Shown here one piece after another: positions 50,639-63,554 of a stretch of 64,000 nt of DNA. The position numbers and the translations under genes are program-made. The DNA lies in the NCBI RefSeq assembly GCF_963921235.1, contig NC_086097.1, forward strand, positions 228,038,001 through 228,102,000, in the 5' to 3' direction. Positions within the stretch are counted from its first letter, which is position 1. The number at the start of each line of letters is the position of its first letter. The notes below the pieces were generated by a model. It ran no database searches. It was not told the origin of the DNA and saw nothing but the letters and a program-made list of their open reading frames with translations. The stretch is from Mobula hypostoma. Taxonomy: Eukaryota.

Positions 50639-51601
50639 GTAAGAAAACGAGAGAGAAAAATACCAAACTAAATTCAGAGGTATAGTGTTTATTCTTTGGA
50701 CACTGATGGATGAGCTGCAGGTTATAAGACATCAGCATTTTAACCAAAGGAGCACAAAAGATGGGAAATAAAAGGGAAAATGTGAAAAATCATTTGGGAA
50801 ATGTTTGTATTGTGTAGTAAAAGCAGGCATTTACATTACCAGAGATTAGTCATCCTGTTAGTTTAATACTAAGAATAGGACAAAAGATGTCACTGTGATT
50901 GAAATACCTTTCAAAACATTTTACCACATTAGAATAAAGAGAACTGCATGTAACACAGGAGGTGGTACAACTGGGTTCCAAATTATTTTATCTTCAGGGT
51001 ATATATTTGAGAACTACATTAATCATGTTTGTATTTGCAGTTGGTTAAAAATTGTCCTGTGGTATTAATCTGCCAGATAGCTCATTAGACTAAAACCTTA
51101 TCTAATCTCTGTGGGAACTGTCCTCTTTAAACCTTTGTTCCATACAGTCAAATTGAGGCTAAATATCAAAACTACTTCCACTTGAAACATTAATGTTCGA
51201 AAATGCAATAAGTGGACAATCATAAGGCCAAAAAACAGTGTGTAGAGACCAGGATTGGCACCAGTCTGGTGAAAAGCCCCCTTGCCTTTTAATTAGTGCA
51301 ATTATGCACTGTTAGCTCACTGACTTAATTTCTGACAAATCACAGTGCTGCCAAATAGCTGTCATTCTTTATAGGTAATTGTAGACGTCCTTTCTTTAAA
51401 TAGGCAAGTATTGTGTTCCATGCTTGAAGGCCGCAGTTGTTCTATAGATGACACACTTAAGAGTATGAAATAGCATAAATCCTACATTGGCAATTTTGAT
51501 GTAAAGTAAGTGGTTTGAAATTGTAATCAAAACAATACATAAATTTAAAATGAGCCTCTAATGAAAATATTCATCAATGGAATAGTATATATCCTAATAT
51601 A

Positions 51602-52138
51602 CAGTACTGTGCAAAAATCTTAGGCACATACATATATAGAGTCAAGGTGTCCAAGACTTTTGCAAAGTACTGTATTTGTGTGGAGAGTGTGTCTGTGAAT
51701 CTGGTGGGAACCAAGGATGTTGGGAATGGCGTGGGTGGAGTGCTGCGGGAGAGCTATGGGATTGGTGACAGAGGAGTGCCGGGGTGGGGGCTCGGACTGC
51801 TGGCAGAGGAGTGCCGATGTGGGGGCTGGCAAGGGTGCAGACAAACCCAGCCCTGAGACACCAAACGGGGTCATATGATTTTAAACAACTACCGAATGTC
51901 TCTCTGGTGCTTCCCACTCCCTGTCCTCTCCTTGTTCCCTTCCCACTCTCGGTCCACAACAGAGACCCATATCAGAATCAGGTTTATCATCACTCACATA
52001 TGTCACAACATTTGTTTTTTTCTGTGTCAGCAGTACAGTGCAATACATAAAATTACTACAGTACTGTGCAAATTCGTAGGCACTCTATATGTGGAGATAC
52101 ATATATAATACAGTGTCTTAGAGTTTTGCACAGTATTG
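51602..52138. mobile_element. Composite Tc1/mariner-type MITE, copy 1
   Basis: TA-flanked modules with TIR CAGTACTGTGCAAAA at 51602-51672 and 52059-52138 enclosing a shared core. Confidence 0.75.
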
Positions 52139-52151
52139 CAAGTTTCAATTA

Positions 52152-52320
52152 CAAACAAGAGAAAATCTATGGATGCTGGAAATACAAGCAACACACACAA
52201 AATGCTGGAGGAACACAGCAAGCCAGGCATCATCTATGGAAAAATGTACAGTCAACGTTTCAGGCCGAGACCTGTCGGCAGGCCTGACCCGCTGAGTTCC
52301 CCCGGCAGTTTGTGTGTGTT
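52152..52320 (-). mobile_element. PLE 3' end with degenerate HHR plus a short inverted copy
   Basis: rc core cCTGCCGAcaggtctcggcctGAAAcgttgactg; 52282-52320 mirrors the terminal segment. Confidence 0.75.
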
Positions 52321-53869
52321 GACTGTAAATTTCAAGTTTACATTAATTATTGATCCAACAGTAGATTGGCAAAATCAACTGGATCTATATTAACAATTCT
52401 TTCAGTGGACATCAATTTTCATGGACACCTTAGAAATATAATTGGGCCTTGTATCTAGACTCTCTGCCAGGAATGATAGGTAACAAGAAAACGAGAGGTT
52501 TTAACTGCTGCTCTTTCACTTGTAAATCAGAGACTAATTGGATGTCTCAGCAATGGAACACCAAGACAGAGAGCTTTTTTTCCAACCATCTAAAAACCAA
52601 CACAAGGCATGCTAGAGTGTACAGTATATTTTGAAAAGTAGACTGAAATAATTTGCAATGTATGAGAATCTCTTAAGTGAAAGGGTCATCCAAGAACAGT
52701 ACCCATACAAAATTTGAAAGTTGGCACCAGAATTACGAGCTTATAAATACAAGCTCTTAAAGTGGTGGTTCTCAATGGAAATTGTCTCAAGATAGACATC
52801 TGGAATGCAATGCTTGTTCCCCATTCATGAATGGATGTTGAAATGGAATACCTAGATACTGTACCCAAGGGAAGTGTAAGTGAGGCTGAACTCACCGACC
52901 CCTCTTCTGTCATGTCAGAGTAAGAAGTCTGTGCCTTGACGATTGGACTATCTGATACATCAGTATGCATTTATGATTGACTGTATTTATAATTCCCTGG
53001 CAACAGTTATGTATGGGCTTTCCTGGAATGTTTAAGCAGGCTGTCATTCTATCATTAAGGGCTCCTTTCCAGTCATGGTCTTTGGTGTGTACTCATTCTG
53101 TACTGTTGCAACAATGATGTCAAACTTGCATTGCACGCTAATTGATATCTCCTATGTACAGAGGCTGTAATTCATCATCAATTCTACACTGTGTATGGTA
53201 TGCAAAGGAATTTTCACAATCACTTTTGACTTTAGATCAGTCCTAAAGCACAAGTAAAACATGCTGAGTTACTGAATTTCTAGGCTCTCTGCTTCCTCCC
53301 TCCTGTATCTGCTCCCTCTTCGAATGGTTTCTGCAAGCCGCCTTATAATCTTTGTAACTTGCTGTTAAAATGAAGGATCTTCTAGGTTCTAGGCAAAGAC
53401 ATCCAGAAAGATTATGCATTCACCTCAACAATGGGCGAGCAACAGTAGTGGAGAATGTTAGTGAACACATTGTGCACTCTAAAATAGTCCCTGTCTAGAA
53501 AGTGAAATGCTTAAACTTAACACTACAGTCTTGTACATTGTGTCATTCAATGCAATGCAAAGCAAAAAGGTGATGGAAAAAAATGAAGGCCTACTGTGAA
53601 TTGCATGACCTGTACTTTACTTCCCAAGTACTCCTTGCATGGGCATGGAGAACCTGGGAAGTAAAGAAAGGCCTTTCATCATGCAAGGCCTGCTTAGCAA
53701 TACTAATATTAAGCCTTATAGAAAATCACATAAGCTGGCTAATAAGTCTTTTCCCCAGGGTAGAGGAGTCCAAACTAACAAGCATAGATTTAGGATGAGA
53801 GAGGAAAGATATTAAAGGAAACAATGGGGCAAATTTTTCATGCAGATGGTGGTTTAATGGCTCTTCATT

Positions 53870-56080
53870 CAACCCTGGAACATCTGGACTCAAAGATGCA
53901 TACATCAGGATGCTCTTCATTGACTACAGCTCGGCATTCAATACTTTCAAACCTTCAAGACTAATCAATAAGCTTTGAATCATAGGCCTCCATACCTCTT
54001 TGTGCAACTGAATCATTGATTTCCTCACTTGCAGACCACAGTCAGTTTGGATTGGCAACAATATTTCCTCCACAATCTCCATCAGCACAGGTGCACCACA
54101 AGACTGTGTGCTGAGCCCCCTGCTCTATTCACCTTATACTTAAAACTATGAGGCTAAGTCCAGCTCCAATGCCAAGACTCCTGAACACTACTGTCATTGG
54201 CCAAATCAATGGTGGTGATGAATCAGCATATAAGAGGAAGATTGAAAATCTGGCTGATTGGTGCCACAACAACAGCCTCTCACTCAATGTCAGCAAAACG
54301 AAGGAGATGATGAATGACATCATGAGGAGGAAACCGGAGATCCTTGAACCAGTCCTCATCGGGAGATCAGAGGAGGAGAGGGTCAGCAACTCCAAACTTC
54401 ATGGTGTAATCATTTCAGAGAATCTGTCCTGAGGCCGGCACATAAGTACCATTAGGAAGAAAGCATGGCAGCATCTCTACTTTCTTAGAAGATTGCACAG
54501 ATCCAATGTCATTTAAAACTCTAAACTTCTATTGATGCATGGTGAAGAGTATATTGACTGGTTGCATCATGACCTGGTAAGAAAACACCAATGCCCTTGT
54601 ATGCAAAATCTTACAAAAAGTAGTGAATACAGCCCAGTCCATCACAGGTAAAGCCCTTCCCACCATTGAGCACATCTACTAAGAACACTGTTGCAGGAGA
54701 GCAACATCCACCGTCCAGGCCATGCTCTCCTCTCACTGCTGCCATCAAGAAGGTGGTACAGGAGTCTCTGTACCTGCACCACCAGGCTCAGGAACAATTA
54801 TTACCCCTCAACCATCAGGTTCTTGAACCAGGGGGGATAACTTCACTTGACCCCATCACTGAACATTTGATGTCCCGCGTGGGAGATTGATCAAGAGGGT
54901 TTAGTCGCTCAGTATTCAGGATAAGGTAGTAATTTGAATTAGACGTTCGCTTTGTGGGAGAAGCCAGCAAGTGGTAGTAGAGGATTGCCTCTCTGACTGG
55001 AAGCATGTGACTAGTGGAGTGCCACAGGGATTGGTGCTGGGTCCTTTGTTGTTTGTCAGCTATATCAATGATCTGGATGATAATGTGGTTAACTGGATCA
55101 GCAAATTTGTGGGTAGCACCAAGATAGGTGGTGTAGTGGACAATGAGGAAGGCTATCATTGTTTGCAGAGAGAGCTGCATCGGCTGGAAAAGCGGACTGA
55201 AAAATGGCAGATCAAATTTATGCAGAAAAGTGTCTAGGTTTTGCACTTTGGTAGGACCAACCAGGGTAGGTTTTACACAGTGAACGGTAGGGCACTGAGG
55301 CGTGTGGTAGAACAAAGGGATCTGGGAATACAGGTCCGTAATTTGTTGAAAGTGGAATCACTTGTAGATCAGATCATGAAGAAAGCTTTTGGCACATTGG
55401 CTTTCATAAATCAATGTACTGAGTACAGCAGATGGGATGTTATGTTGAAGTTGTTTAAGACGTTGGTGAGGCCTAGTTTGAAGTATTGTGTGCAGTTTTG
55501 GTCATCTACCTACAGGAAAGATGTAACAAGGTTGAAAGAGTGCTGGGTCTGGAGGTCCTGAGTTATGAGGAAAGATTTGAATAGGTTAGGACCCTATTCT
55601 TTAGGATGTAGAAGATTGAGAGGAGATTTGATAGAGGCATACAAAATTATGAGATGTATAGATAAGGTAAATGCAAGCAGGCTTTTTCCACTGAGGTTGG
55701 GTGGGACTACAACCGGAGGTTATGGGTTAAGGATGAAAGGTGAGAAGTTTAAGTGGAACATGAGGGGAAACTTCTTCACTCAAAAGGCCGTGAGAGTGTG
55801 GAATGACCTGCCAATGTAAGTGGTGCATGCAAGCTCGGTTTCAAAGTTTAAGAGAGGTTTGGATAGTAGGGATATGGGGGCTTTGGTCCCAGTGCAGTTC
55901 GATGAGAGTAGGCAGTTTAAATGGTTTCGGCATGGACTAGATGGGTCAAAGGACCTGTTTTGGAGCTGTACTTCTCTGTGACTGTATGTTCCCACAACCT
56001 ATGGACTCACTTTCAAAGACTCTTCAGTTCATGTTCTTGATAATTATTGCTTATTTATTTATTATTATTTTTATTATTAT
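53870..56080 (+). mobile_element. Rex/Babar RT and 3' end split by a nested CR1 (~54870-55987)
   Basis: 'ggatgctcttcattgactacagctcggcattcaatac', WCHNNSLSLNVSKTKE; nested GVPQGLVLGPLLF...LKYCVQFW; Rex 3'UTR resumes at ~55988. Confidence 0.8.
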
Positions 56081-56353
56081 AGAAGTGGTTGAGTTAGACA
56101 CAGTAGTGTAATTTAGTAAGCACTTGGATAGGTACATGGCGGGGTGGCACTTGGGATTTGGGCTGAACACAGGAAATTGGGACTTGTTGGGTGGGCACTG
56201 TGGTCGGCATGGACTAGTTAGTATGTAGACCTATCTCTATACTGCATTGTTCTATGATGCTATGAACTCTGACTTGTATTGCATTGAAATTCTCAGCTGC
56301 AGCTCCTTGAACACCTTTGTGCTGTGTTGCACCTTCTAGTTCTATTTCCTATA

Positions 56354-56408
56354 CAGTGCTGCGCAAAAGTCTTAGACATATATATTAGACATATATGTGT
56401 ATATATAT

Positions 56409-56450
<42 letters not shown>

Positions 56451-56959
56451 AGGAGCTAGGGTACCTAAGGTTTTTGCACAGTACTGCCTTTGTCAGCGTG
56501 GAGCAGAGAGCGAGTTTGTAAATCTGGCTCCCCAATAAGGATGTTGGGAATGGTGATGCTGGAGCACCATGGGAGGGATGTGGGACAGGCGGCAGGGAAG
56601 GAGTGCCGGGGTGGGGAATGGTGCTTGTGCAGACACACCCAGCTCGGAGATACCAGGCAAGGTCATTTGATTCCAAACAATTGGTTTATTCATCATCCAG
56701 AATGTTTTTCTGGTGCTCCTCACTCCCTCCCCTCTCCCTTCCCCCTTTTCACAACCATGACTTTCCTCTCCCTGCCTCCTTCCCACTCTCAGTCCACAAC
56801 AGAGACCCATATCAGAATCAGGTTTATCATCACTCACATGTCGTCAATTTATTTTTTGTGGCAGTAGTACAGTGTAATACGTAAAATTACTACAGTACCG
56901 TGAAACAGTCTTGGGCGCCCTAACTACATCCATGTGCCTAAGACTTTTGTACAGTACTG
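56354..56959. mobile_element. Composite MITE, copy 2, with (CA)n in the left module
   Basis: TA|CAGTGCTGCGCAAAAGTC ... GACTTTTGTACAGTACTG|TA; core homologous to 51673-52058. Confidence 0.75.
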
Positions 56960-57410
56960 TATGTAAATGTATGCTATATCAATAGGGATACCAGCGACTA
57001 CTGAAAAGCCCTTGCCTAGAAAGAGGCCACACGAAAGTTACGTTGAAAATAATTGTCACATTCACTTTGCAGTTATTGTCACAAGTGGGATTTTATCAGA
57101 GATTTTTGAGTGACAGCCTTCCCATATGGCTGTTCTTAATGAGTTGAGGTAGCTCTGCCATACACTGGAGCCTGCGTGACCCAGTTGTTCCCATTTTCAA
57201 AAAAGAAAATGTTCATTAAAACTACTTAAGCGTGCTTAAATTGATAGCAATCATTTCTGGTCGAAGCTCTGCCCATTGAGAGATTGGACTGGGCACTTCT
57301 TCACCTTAGTGCAGCCATCATTTTCTGAGCATCATTTGTGTCAATCCTGAGATTATCACAGACATGATGCCCTTTTCTTTATTAACAATTGACATTGGTA
57401 AAACAATACA

Positions 57411-57556
57411 ACAACAGAAATTCTGCAGATGCTGGAAATTCAAGCAACACACATCAAAATTGCTGGTAAACGCAGCAGGCCAGGCATACTGTACCTCCTC
57501 CTAGAGATGCTGCCTGGCCTGCTGCGTTTACCAGCAATTTTGATGTGTGTTGCTTG
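57411..57556. mobile_element. Miniature fold-back PLE terminus
   Basis: Perfect 46-bp arms 57441-57486 and 57511-57556; flanks TTGGTA(A/C)AACAATA resemble a TSD. Confidence 0.85.
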
Positions 57557-58379
57557 GTACAACAATATACCACTTAATGTCTTGCTTTCTCCCTCTCTGA
57601 CAGACTCCCCACCACATTGCCAGTGATGTATGAATTGAAGTGTTTAAAGGACATTGGTGCTTTCCTTCCTCATCCTGTCTGGCTGACTGATCAGTGACCT
57701 CTTTGTGCAACTCTGTGTGTGTGCGTGTATGCAGGTCTGCACGTGTATCTGTGTGCACTTGTGAGGCGTGTGTGTGAGGGAGTCCCTGCAGCCAGTTCAT
57801 TGCCCTGATTTGAGCCTGCATAATGAAAACAAAGCTCACGTTGGGTCCTGGTGCAGTGTGGGAATGAAGAAGTGCGTCTGCATGTCAGGGAGGCACCTTA
57901 CAAGTCTTAGCTAGACACAGCTGAGATGCATGTTCATCCTCAACCCCACATTCTGCATTTTCTCTTCTGTCCATGTGTAGAATTGCTGGTCTGTTTTGAT
58001 TCCCAGTGGCAATGATGAGACCGCCGCCATCTCCAGAGACAAGGACCATGATCATGTGGACCATGATTTAACGCACTGAAGTAGGGGAACAGCACTATAG
58101 AAAGTTTATTTTTCTAAGTGATAGATTTCACCAATTTAACAGTTTCTTTGAAGGGTCCTTAATGGGGTGTTAGGGCTCAACTTGGCATCTGCTTAGCTTG
58201 TCGATGGGGGGGGGGGAACGATACCAAATTTCTAGCCAGCTGATTTGCGATAGAAAGGCGTGATGATTTCACAACCTGGAATTGATTTGTTCTGACCCTT
58301 CTGCACTCCTCATGGCTCTCCCACTCCAATGGGTTAGATTTAGTAATTAGCTGAGTGTCCATGTACTCTATTAAGTTTC

Positions 58380-58760
58380 AGCCGTTCAAAGATTCACTTA
58401 TTATCAAACTATACAACTCTGAAATTCTTCTTCTCCAGATAGCCAGGAAACCAAGAAAGAAAAGAAAGGCAGCGTGATCATCATCCCCCAAATCCCTCCT
58501 TCCTAAACAAAAAATGAACAAAAATGCAACAAGCACATGACTCTCCCCCAAATCCCCCTCCCCTGCAAACGAAAAATGAGAAAGATCAGGTAAAAAATAC
58601 AGAATAGAAAAAAGCCATAAGACTGGAAAAAGTCTACAGTCCAAGTCCACATCCAAAACGCAGAAAACCAGGGCAACGTTTTCTCTCTCCATAGCAGAGT
58701 AATCTCACCAGCAATAAAAGGCAGTCTCCCCTCTCCGTGCAGCTAGCTGGTGTTTCAATA
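58380..58760 (-). mobile_element. Probable LINE 3'UTR remnant
   Basis: rc AATAAAGTGAATCTTTGAA tail and T-rich UTR. Confidence 0.5.
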
Positions 58761-59169
58761 TCTGTCATGAGTTTAATAGTGAGTTTCTTCTTTTCAGTGT
58801 AATCTGCTATGCACTGAGTTGGACTTTTCCCAACATTCACCACTGCTTTAACAATTCTATTTATAAAGGCTGGCAGTAATACAATGTGAAGTGAAAAGAA
58901 AATATGAGCAAATTTTTACATTTGTCTTCATTAGAAATTTAGCAATCTTAAACCATCAACACTGTCTCTTGGCTTTAACCTGAATTACTATCTGAAGAAT
59001 TATTGACAAAAACATAGCATTGGCATTTTACAGTCAATGTATAAAAATATTACATGGACATGTGGTTTAATCCTTGGAATGCTGAAAATTGATCTATGAT
59101 GAACAACCTTAAAAAAAAGCTGGATTTGATGAATCTCCTGGGGATCATTATTTGGACAGACATGTTGTT

Positions 59170-62007
59170 AGATTGTTATTAATGATTATGATATAGTTGG
59201 GATCACAGAGACATGGCTCCAGGGTGACCAGGGATGGGAGCTCAACGTTCAGGGATATTCAATAATCAGGAGGGATAGACATGAAGGAAGGGGAGGTGGG
59301 GTGGCGTTGCTGGTTAAAGAAGAGATTAACGCAATAGAAAGGAAGGACATAAGCCGGGAAGATGTGGAATCGATATGGGTAGAGCTGCGTAACACTAAGG
59401 GGCAGAAGACGCTGGTGGGAGTTGTGTACAGGCCACCTAACAGTAGTAGTGAGGTCGGAGATGGTATTAAACAGGAAATTAAAAATGTGTGCAATAAAGG
59501 AACAGCAGTTATAATGGGTGACTTCAATCTACATGTAGATTGGGTGAACCAAATTGGTAAAGGTGCTGAGGAAGAGGATTTCTTGGAATGTATGCGGGAT
59601 GGTTTTTTGAACCAACATGTCGAGGAACCAACTAGAGAGCAGGCTATTCTGGACTGGGTTTTGAGCAATAAGGAAGGGTTAATTAGCGATCTTGTCATGA
59701 GAGGCCCCTTGGGTAAGAGTGACCATAATATGGTGGAATTCTTCATTAAGATGGAGAGTGACATAGTTAATTCAGAAACAAAGGTTCTGAACTTAAAGAG
59801 GGGTAACTTTGAAGGTATGAGACGTGAATTAGCTAAGATAGACTGGCAAATGACACTTAAAGGATTGACGGTGGATATGCAATGGCAAGCATTTAAAGGT
59901 TGCATGGATGAACTACAACAATTGTTCATCCCAGTTTGGCAAAAGAATAAATCAAGGAAGGTAGTGCACCCGTGGCTGACAAGAGAAATTAGGGAGAGTA
60001 TCAATTCCAAAGAAGAAGCATACAAATTAGCCAGAGAAAGTGGCTCACCTGAGGACTGGGAGAAATTCAGAGTTCAGCAGAGGAGGACAAAGGGCTTAAT
60101 TAGGAAGGGGAAAAAAGATTATGAGAGAAAACTGGCAGGGAACATAAAAACGGACTGTAAAAGCTTTTATAGATATGTAAAAAGAAAAGACTGGTAAAGA
60201 CTAATGTAGGTCCCCTGCAGACAGAAACAGGTGAATTGATTATGGGGAGCAAGGACATGGCAGACCAATTGAATAATTACTTTGGTTCTGTCTTCACTAA
60301 GGAGGACATAAATAATCTTCCAGAAATAGTAGGGGACAGAGGGTCCAGTGAGATGGAGGAACTGAGCGAAATACATGTTAGTAGGGAAGTGGTGTTAGGT
60401 AAATTGAAGGGATTGAAGGCAGATAAATCCCCAGGGCCAGATGGTCTGCATCCTAGAGTGCTTAAGGAAGTAGCCCAAGAAATAGTGGATGCATTAGTGA
60501 TAATTTTTCAAAACTCGTTAGATTCTGGACTAGCTCCTGAGGATTGGAGGGTGGCTAATGTAACTCCACTTTTTAATAAAGGAGGGAGAGAGAAACCAGG
60601 GAATTATAGACCGGTTAGCCTAACGTTGGTGGTGGGGAAACTGCTGGAGTCAGTTATCAAGGATGTGATAACAGCACATTTGGAAAGCGGTGAAATGATC
60701 GGACAAAGTCAGCATGGATTTGTGAAAGGAAAATCATGTCTGACGAATCTCATAGAATTTTTTGAGGATGTAACTAGTAGAGTGGATAGGGGAGAACCAG
60801 TGGATGTGGTATATTTGGATTTTCAAAAGGCTTTTGACAAGGTCCCACACAGAAGATTAGTGTGCAAACTTAAAGCACACGGTATTGGGGGTAAGGTATT
60901 GGTGTGGGTGGAGAATTGGTTAGCAGACAGGAAGCAAAGAGTGGGAATAAACGGGACCTTTTCAGAATGGCAGGCGGTGACTAGTGGGGTACCGCAAGGC
61001 TCAGTGCTGGGACCCCAGTTGTTTACAATATATATTAATGACTTGGATGAGGGAATTAAATGCAGCATCTCCAAGTTTGCGGATGACACGAAGCTGGGTG
61101 GCAGTGTTAGCAGTGAGGAGGATGCTAAGAGGATGCAGGGTGACTTGGATAGGTTGGGTGAGTGGGCAAATTCATGGCAGATGCAATTTAATGTGGATAA
61201 ATGTGAGGTTATCCACTTTGGTGGCAAAAATAGGAAAACAGATTATTATCTGAATGGTGGCCGATTAGGAAAAGGGGAGGTGCAACAAGACCTGGGTGTC
61301 ATTATACACCAGTCATTGAAAGTGGGCATGCAGGTACAGCAGGCGGTGAAAAAGGCGAATGGTATGCTGGCATTTATAGCGAGAGGATTCGAGTAGGGAG
61401 GTACTACTGCAGTTGTACAAGGCCTTGGTGAGACCACACCTGGAGTATTGTGTGCAGTTTTGGTCCCCTAATCTGAGGAAAGACATCCTTGCCATAGAGG
61501 GAGTACAAAGAAGGTTCACCAGATTGATTCCTGGGATGGCAGGACTTCCATATGAAGAATGACTGGATGAACTGGGCTTGTACTCGTTGGAATTTAGAAG
61601 ATTGAGGGGGGATCTGATTGAAACATATAAGATCCTAAAGGGATTGGACAGGCTAGATGCAGGAAGATTGTTCCCAATGTTGGGGAAGTCCAGAACGAGG
61701 GGCCACAGTTTGAGGATAGAGGGGAAGCCTTTTAGGACCGAGATTAGGAAAAACTTCTTCACACAGAGAGTGGTGAATCTGTGGAATTCTCTGCCACAGG
61801 AAACAGTTGAGGCCAGTTCATTGGCTATATTTAAGAGGGAGTTAGATATGGCCCTTGTGGCTACGGGGGTCAGGGGGTATGGAGGGAAGGCTGGGCAGGG
61901 TTCTGAGTTGGAGGATCAGCCATGATCATAATAAATGGCGGTGCAGGCTCGAAGGGCCGAATGGCCTACTCCTGCTCCTATTTTCTATGTTTCTATGTTT
62001 CTATGTT
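59170..62007 (+). mobile_element. Young 5'-truncated CR1 (APE and RT, few frameshifts)
   Basis: ORFs 59301-60197 (VVYRPP, MGDFN, ILDWVL, SDH) and 60236-61396 (complete RT motifs); (TTTCTATG)3 tail. Confidence 0.95.
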
Positions 62008-62237
62008 CACAGACTTAGAAGTGGAATCTCCAACACTGATTAGAAGTTACTGTTTGATCAGACTGCTTCCAGCAATGCTTTGATGTTGAGAAGCTAATGT
62101 AAAACTGTCAACTGTCAACTTTACTTTAGAAGTCAGAAGGAAGTTTAGATTTTAAAAGGGATTGTGGAAGCTATTGAAACTAAACAGAAAAAGTAACTAT
62201 GATCTACACCAAGTTCTCTACCATTAAGTAGCAATAA

Positions 62238-63030
62238 TATTCAAAATTCAAATTAAATTTATTATTAAAGTATTCGTCACCATATTCAACACTGAGATTT
62301 GTTTTCATGTGGGGCATACACAGTAAATCCAAGAAGCACAATAAAATTAATAAATAATTAATGAAGACCACACCCAGCAGGATGGACAAAAGACAACAAC
62401 CTGCAAATTAAAAAAATAATAATAAATAAGCATTAAATATCCAGAAGAGTTCTTGAAAATAAGTCCATAGGCTGCAGGAACAGTTCTGAGATAGGGTGAG
62501 TGAAATTGAGGAAAATAACCCCCTTTCGTTCAAGAGCCTGATAGTTGAGGGGTAATAACTGTTCCTGAACATGGTGGTGTGAGTCCTGAGGCTCCTGTAC
62601 CTTCTTTCTGATGCCAGCAGTGAAATGAGTGCATAGCTTGGATGGTGGGGAGCCCTTGATGATGGATGTTGCTTTCCTGTGACAGTGCTCCATGTAGATG
62701 TGCTCAATGGTAGGGAGGGATTTACCCATGATGGACTGGGCTATATTCATTACTCTTTGTCGGATTTTCCATTCAAGGGTATTGGGTGTTTCCATACCAA
62801 GCTGTGATGCAACCAGTCAAGATACTCTCCACCACATGACCATAAAAGTTTATCAAATTTTTAAATGTCATGCTGAACCTTCGCAAACTTCTGTGGAAGT
62901 GGAAACACTGCCATGCTCTCTTTGTAATGATACTTACATGCTGGACTCAGGGCAGATCCTCCGAAATGATAATACTGAGGAATTTGAAGTTGCTGACCCT
63001 CTCCACCTCTGATCCCCTGATGAAGACTGG
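62238..63030 (-). mobile_element. Rex/Babar 3' part
   Basis: AQSIMGKSLPTIEHIYMEHC; rc AATAAA and (TTTGAA) tail. Confidence 0.8.
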
Positions 63031-63475
63031 TTTCAATAATAGCATCCAGGTTTCTGCGGAAGGAGCCTTAGCTTGATGTAATACTCAAACCTGATGATTA
63101 ATTATCACCTAAGCTATACGGTTAAATAAGAAACATTAGCACAAACTATTAATTTATTAGGTAAAATCCAGAGGACATACTTAAACATTTTCTACAATCT
63201 TTAAAGTCATAAAAATTGTTGAGATCGAATTAATTGTAGTATGTAAGAGAATTGCCTCACACACAACACCTGCAAGACCCTGACCAGTCTACCGACACAC
63301 AATAAACTGTTGTTTGATAGTATGGGTTCATGACAAGACCCTGAAATGCACGCTCTACCTCTCAGGTTGTGGAGCCACTTTTCAACAACAGCAGATATTG
63401 ATAATCACTCCCCCTGTCTAAAATGCCAGTAGAGCCTTTGGTCAATTACGGAAAAGAGTATTTGAAAACAGTTTA

Positions 63476-63544
63476 GGAGTATGGTTAGGGGTATGATTCT
63501 CACTTTGGGTGTGAGAGGTCTCAAGTTTAAATCCCAAAGAGCTC
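63476..63544 (+). pseudogene. tRNA-Pro(TGG) pseudogene
   Basis: TGGTTAGGGGTATGATTCTCACTTTGGGTGTGAGAGGTCTCAAGTTTAAATCCC matches vertebrate tRNA-Pro; anticodon 63506-63508; T-arm and acceptor stem decayed. Confidence 0.8.
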
Positions 63545-63554
63545 TCCTTTGTAT

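Noticed and set aside
51280..51370. TAAT-rich segment with the short palindrome AGTGCAATTATGCACT (similar sequence at 37250-37510)
   Set aside because: Enhancer-like appearance cannot be supported without conservation data
56400..56450. (TA)n/(CA)n microsatellite
   Set aside because: Ordinary simple repeat inside a MITE module
59249..61762. Long minus-strand ORFs (258, 134, 149 aa)
   Set aside because: Antisense shadows of CR1 ORF2; the same pattern occurs at 19849-20316 and 3724-4212
63272..63345. Short direct repeat CAAGACCCTGA
   Set aside because: Only two short copies; not an array
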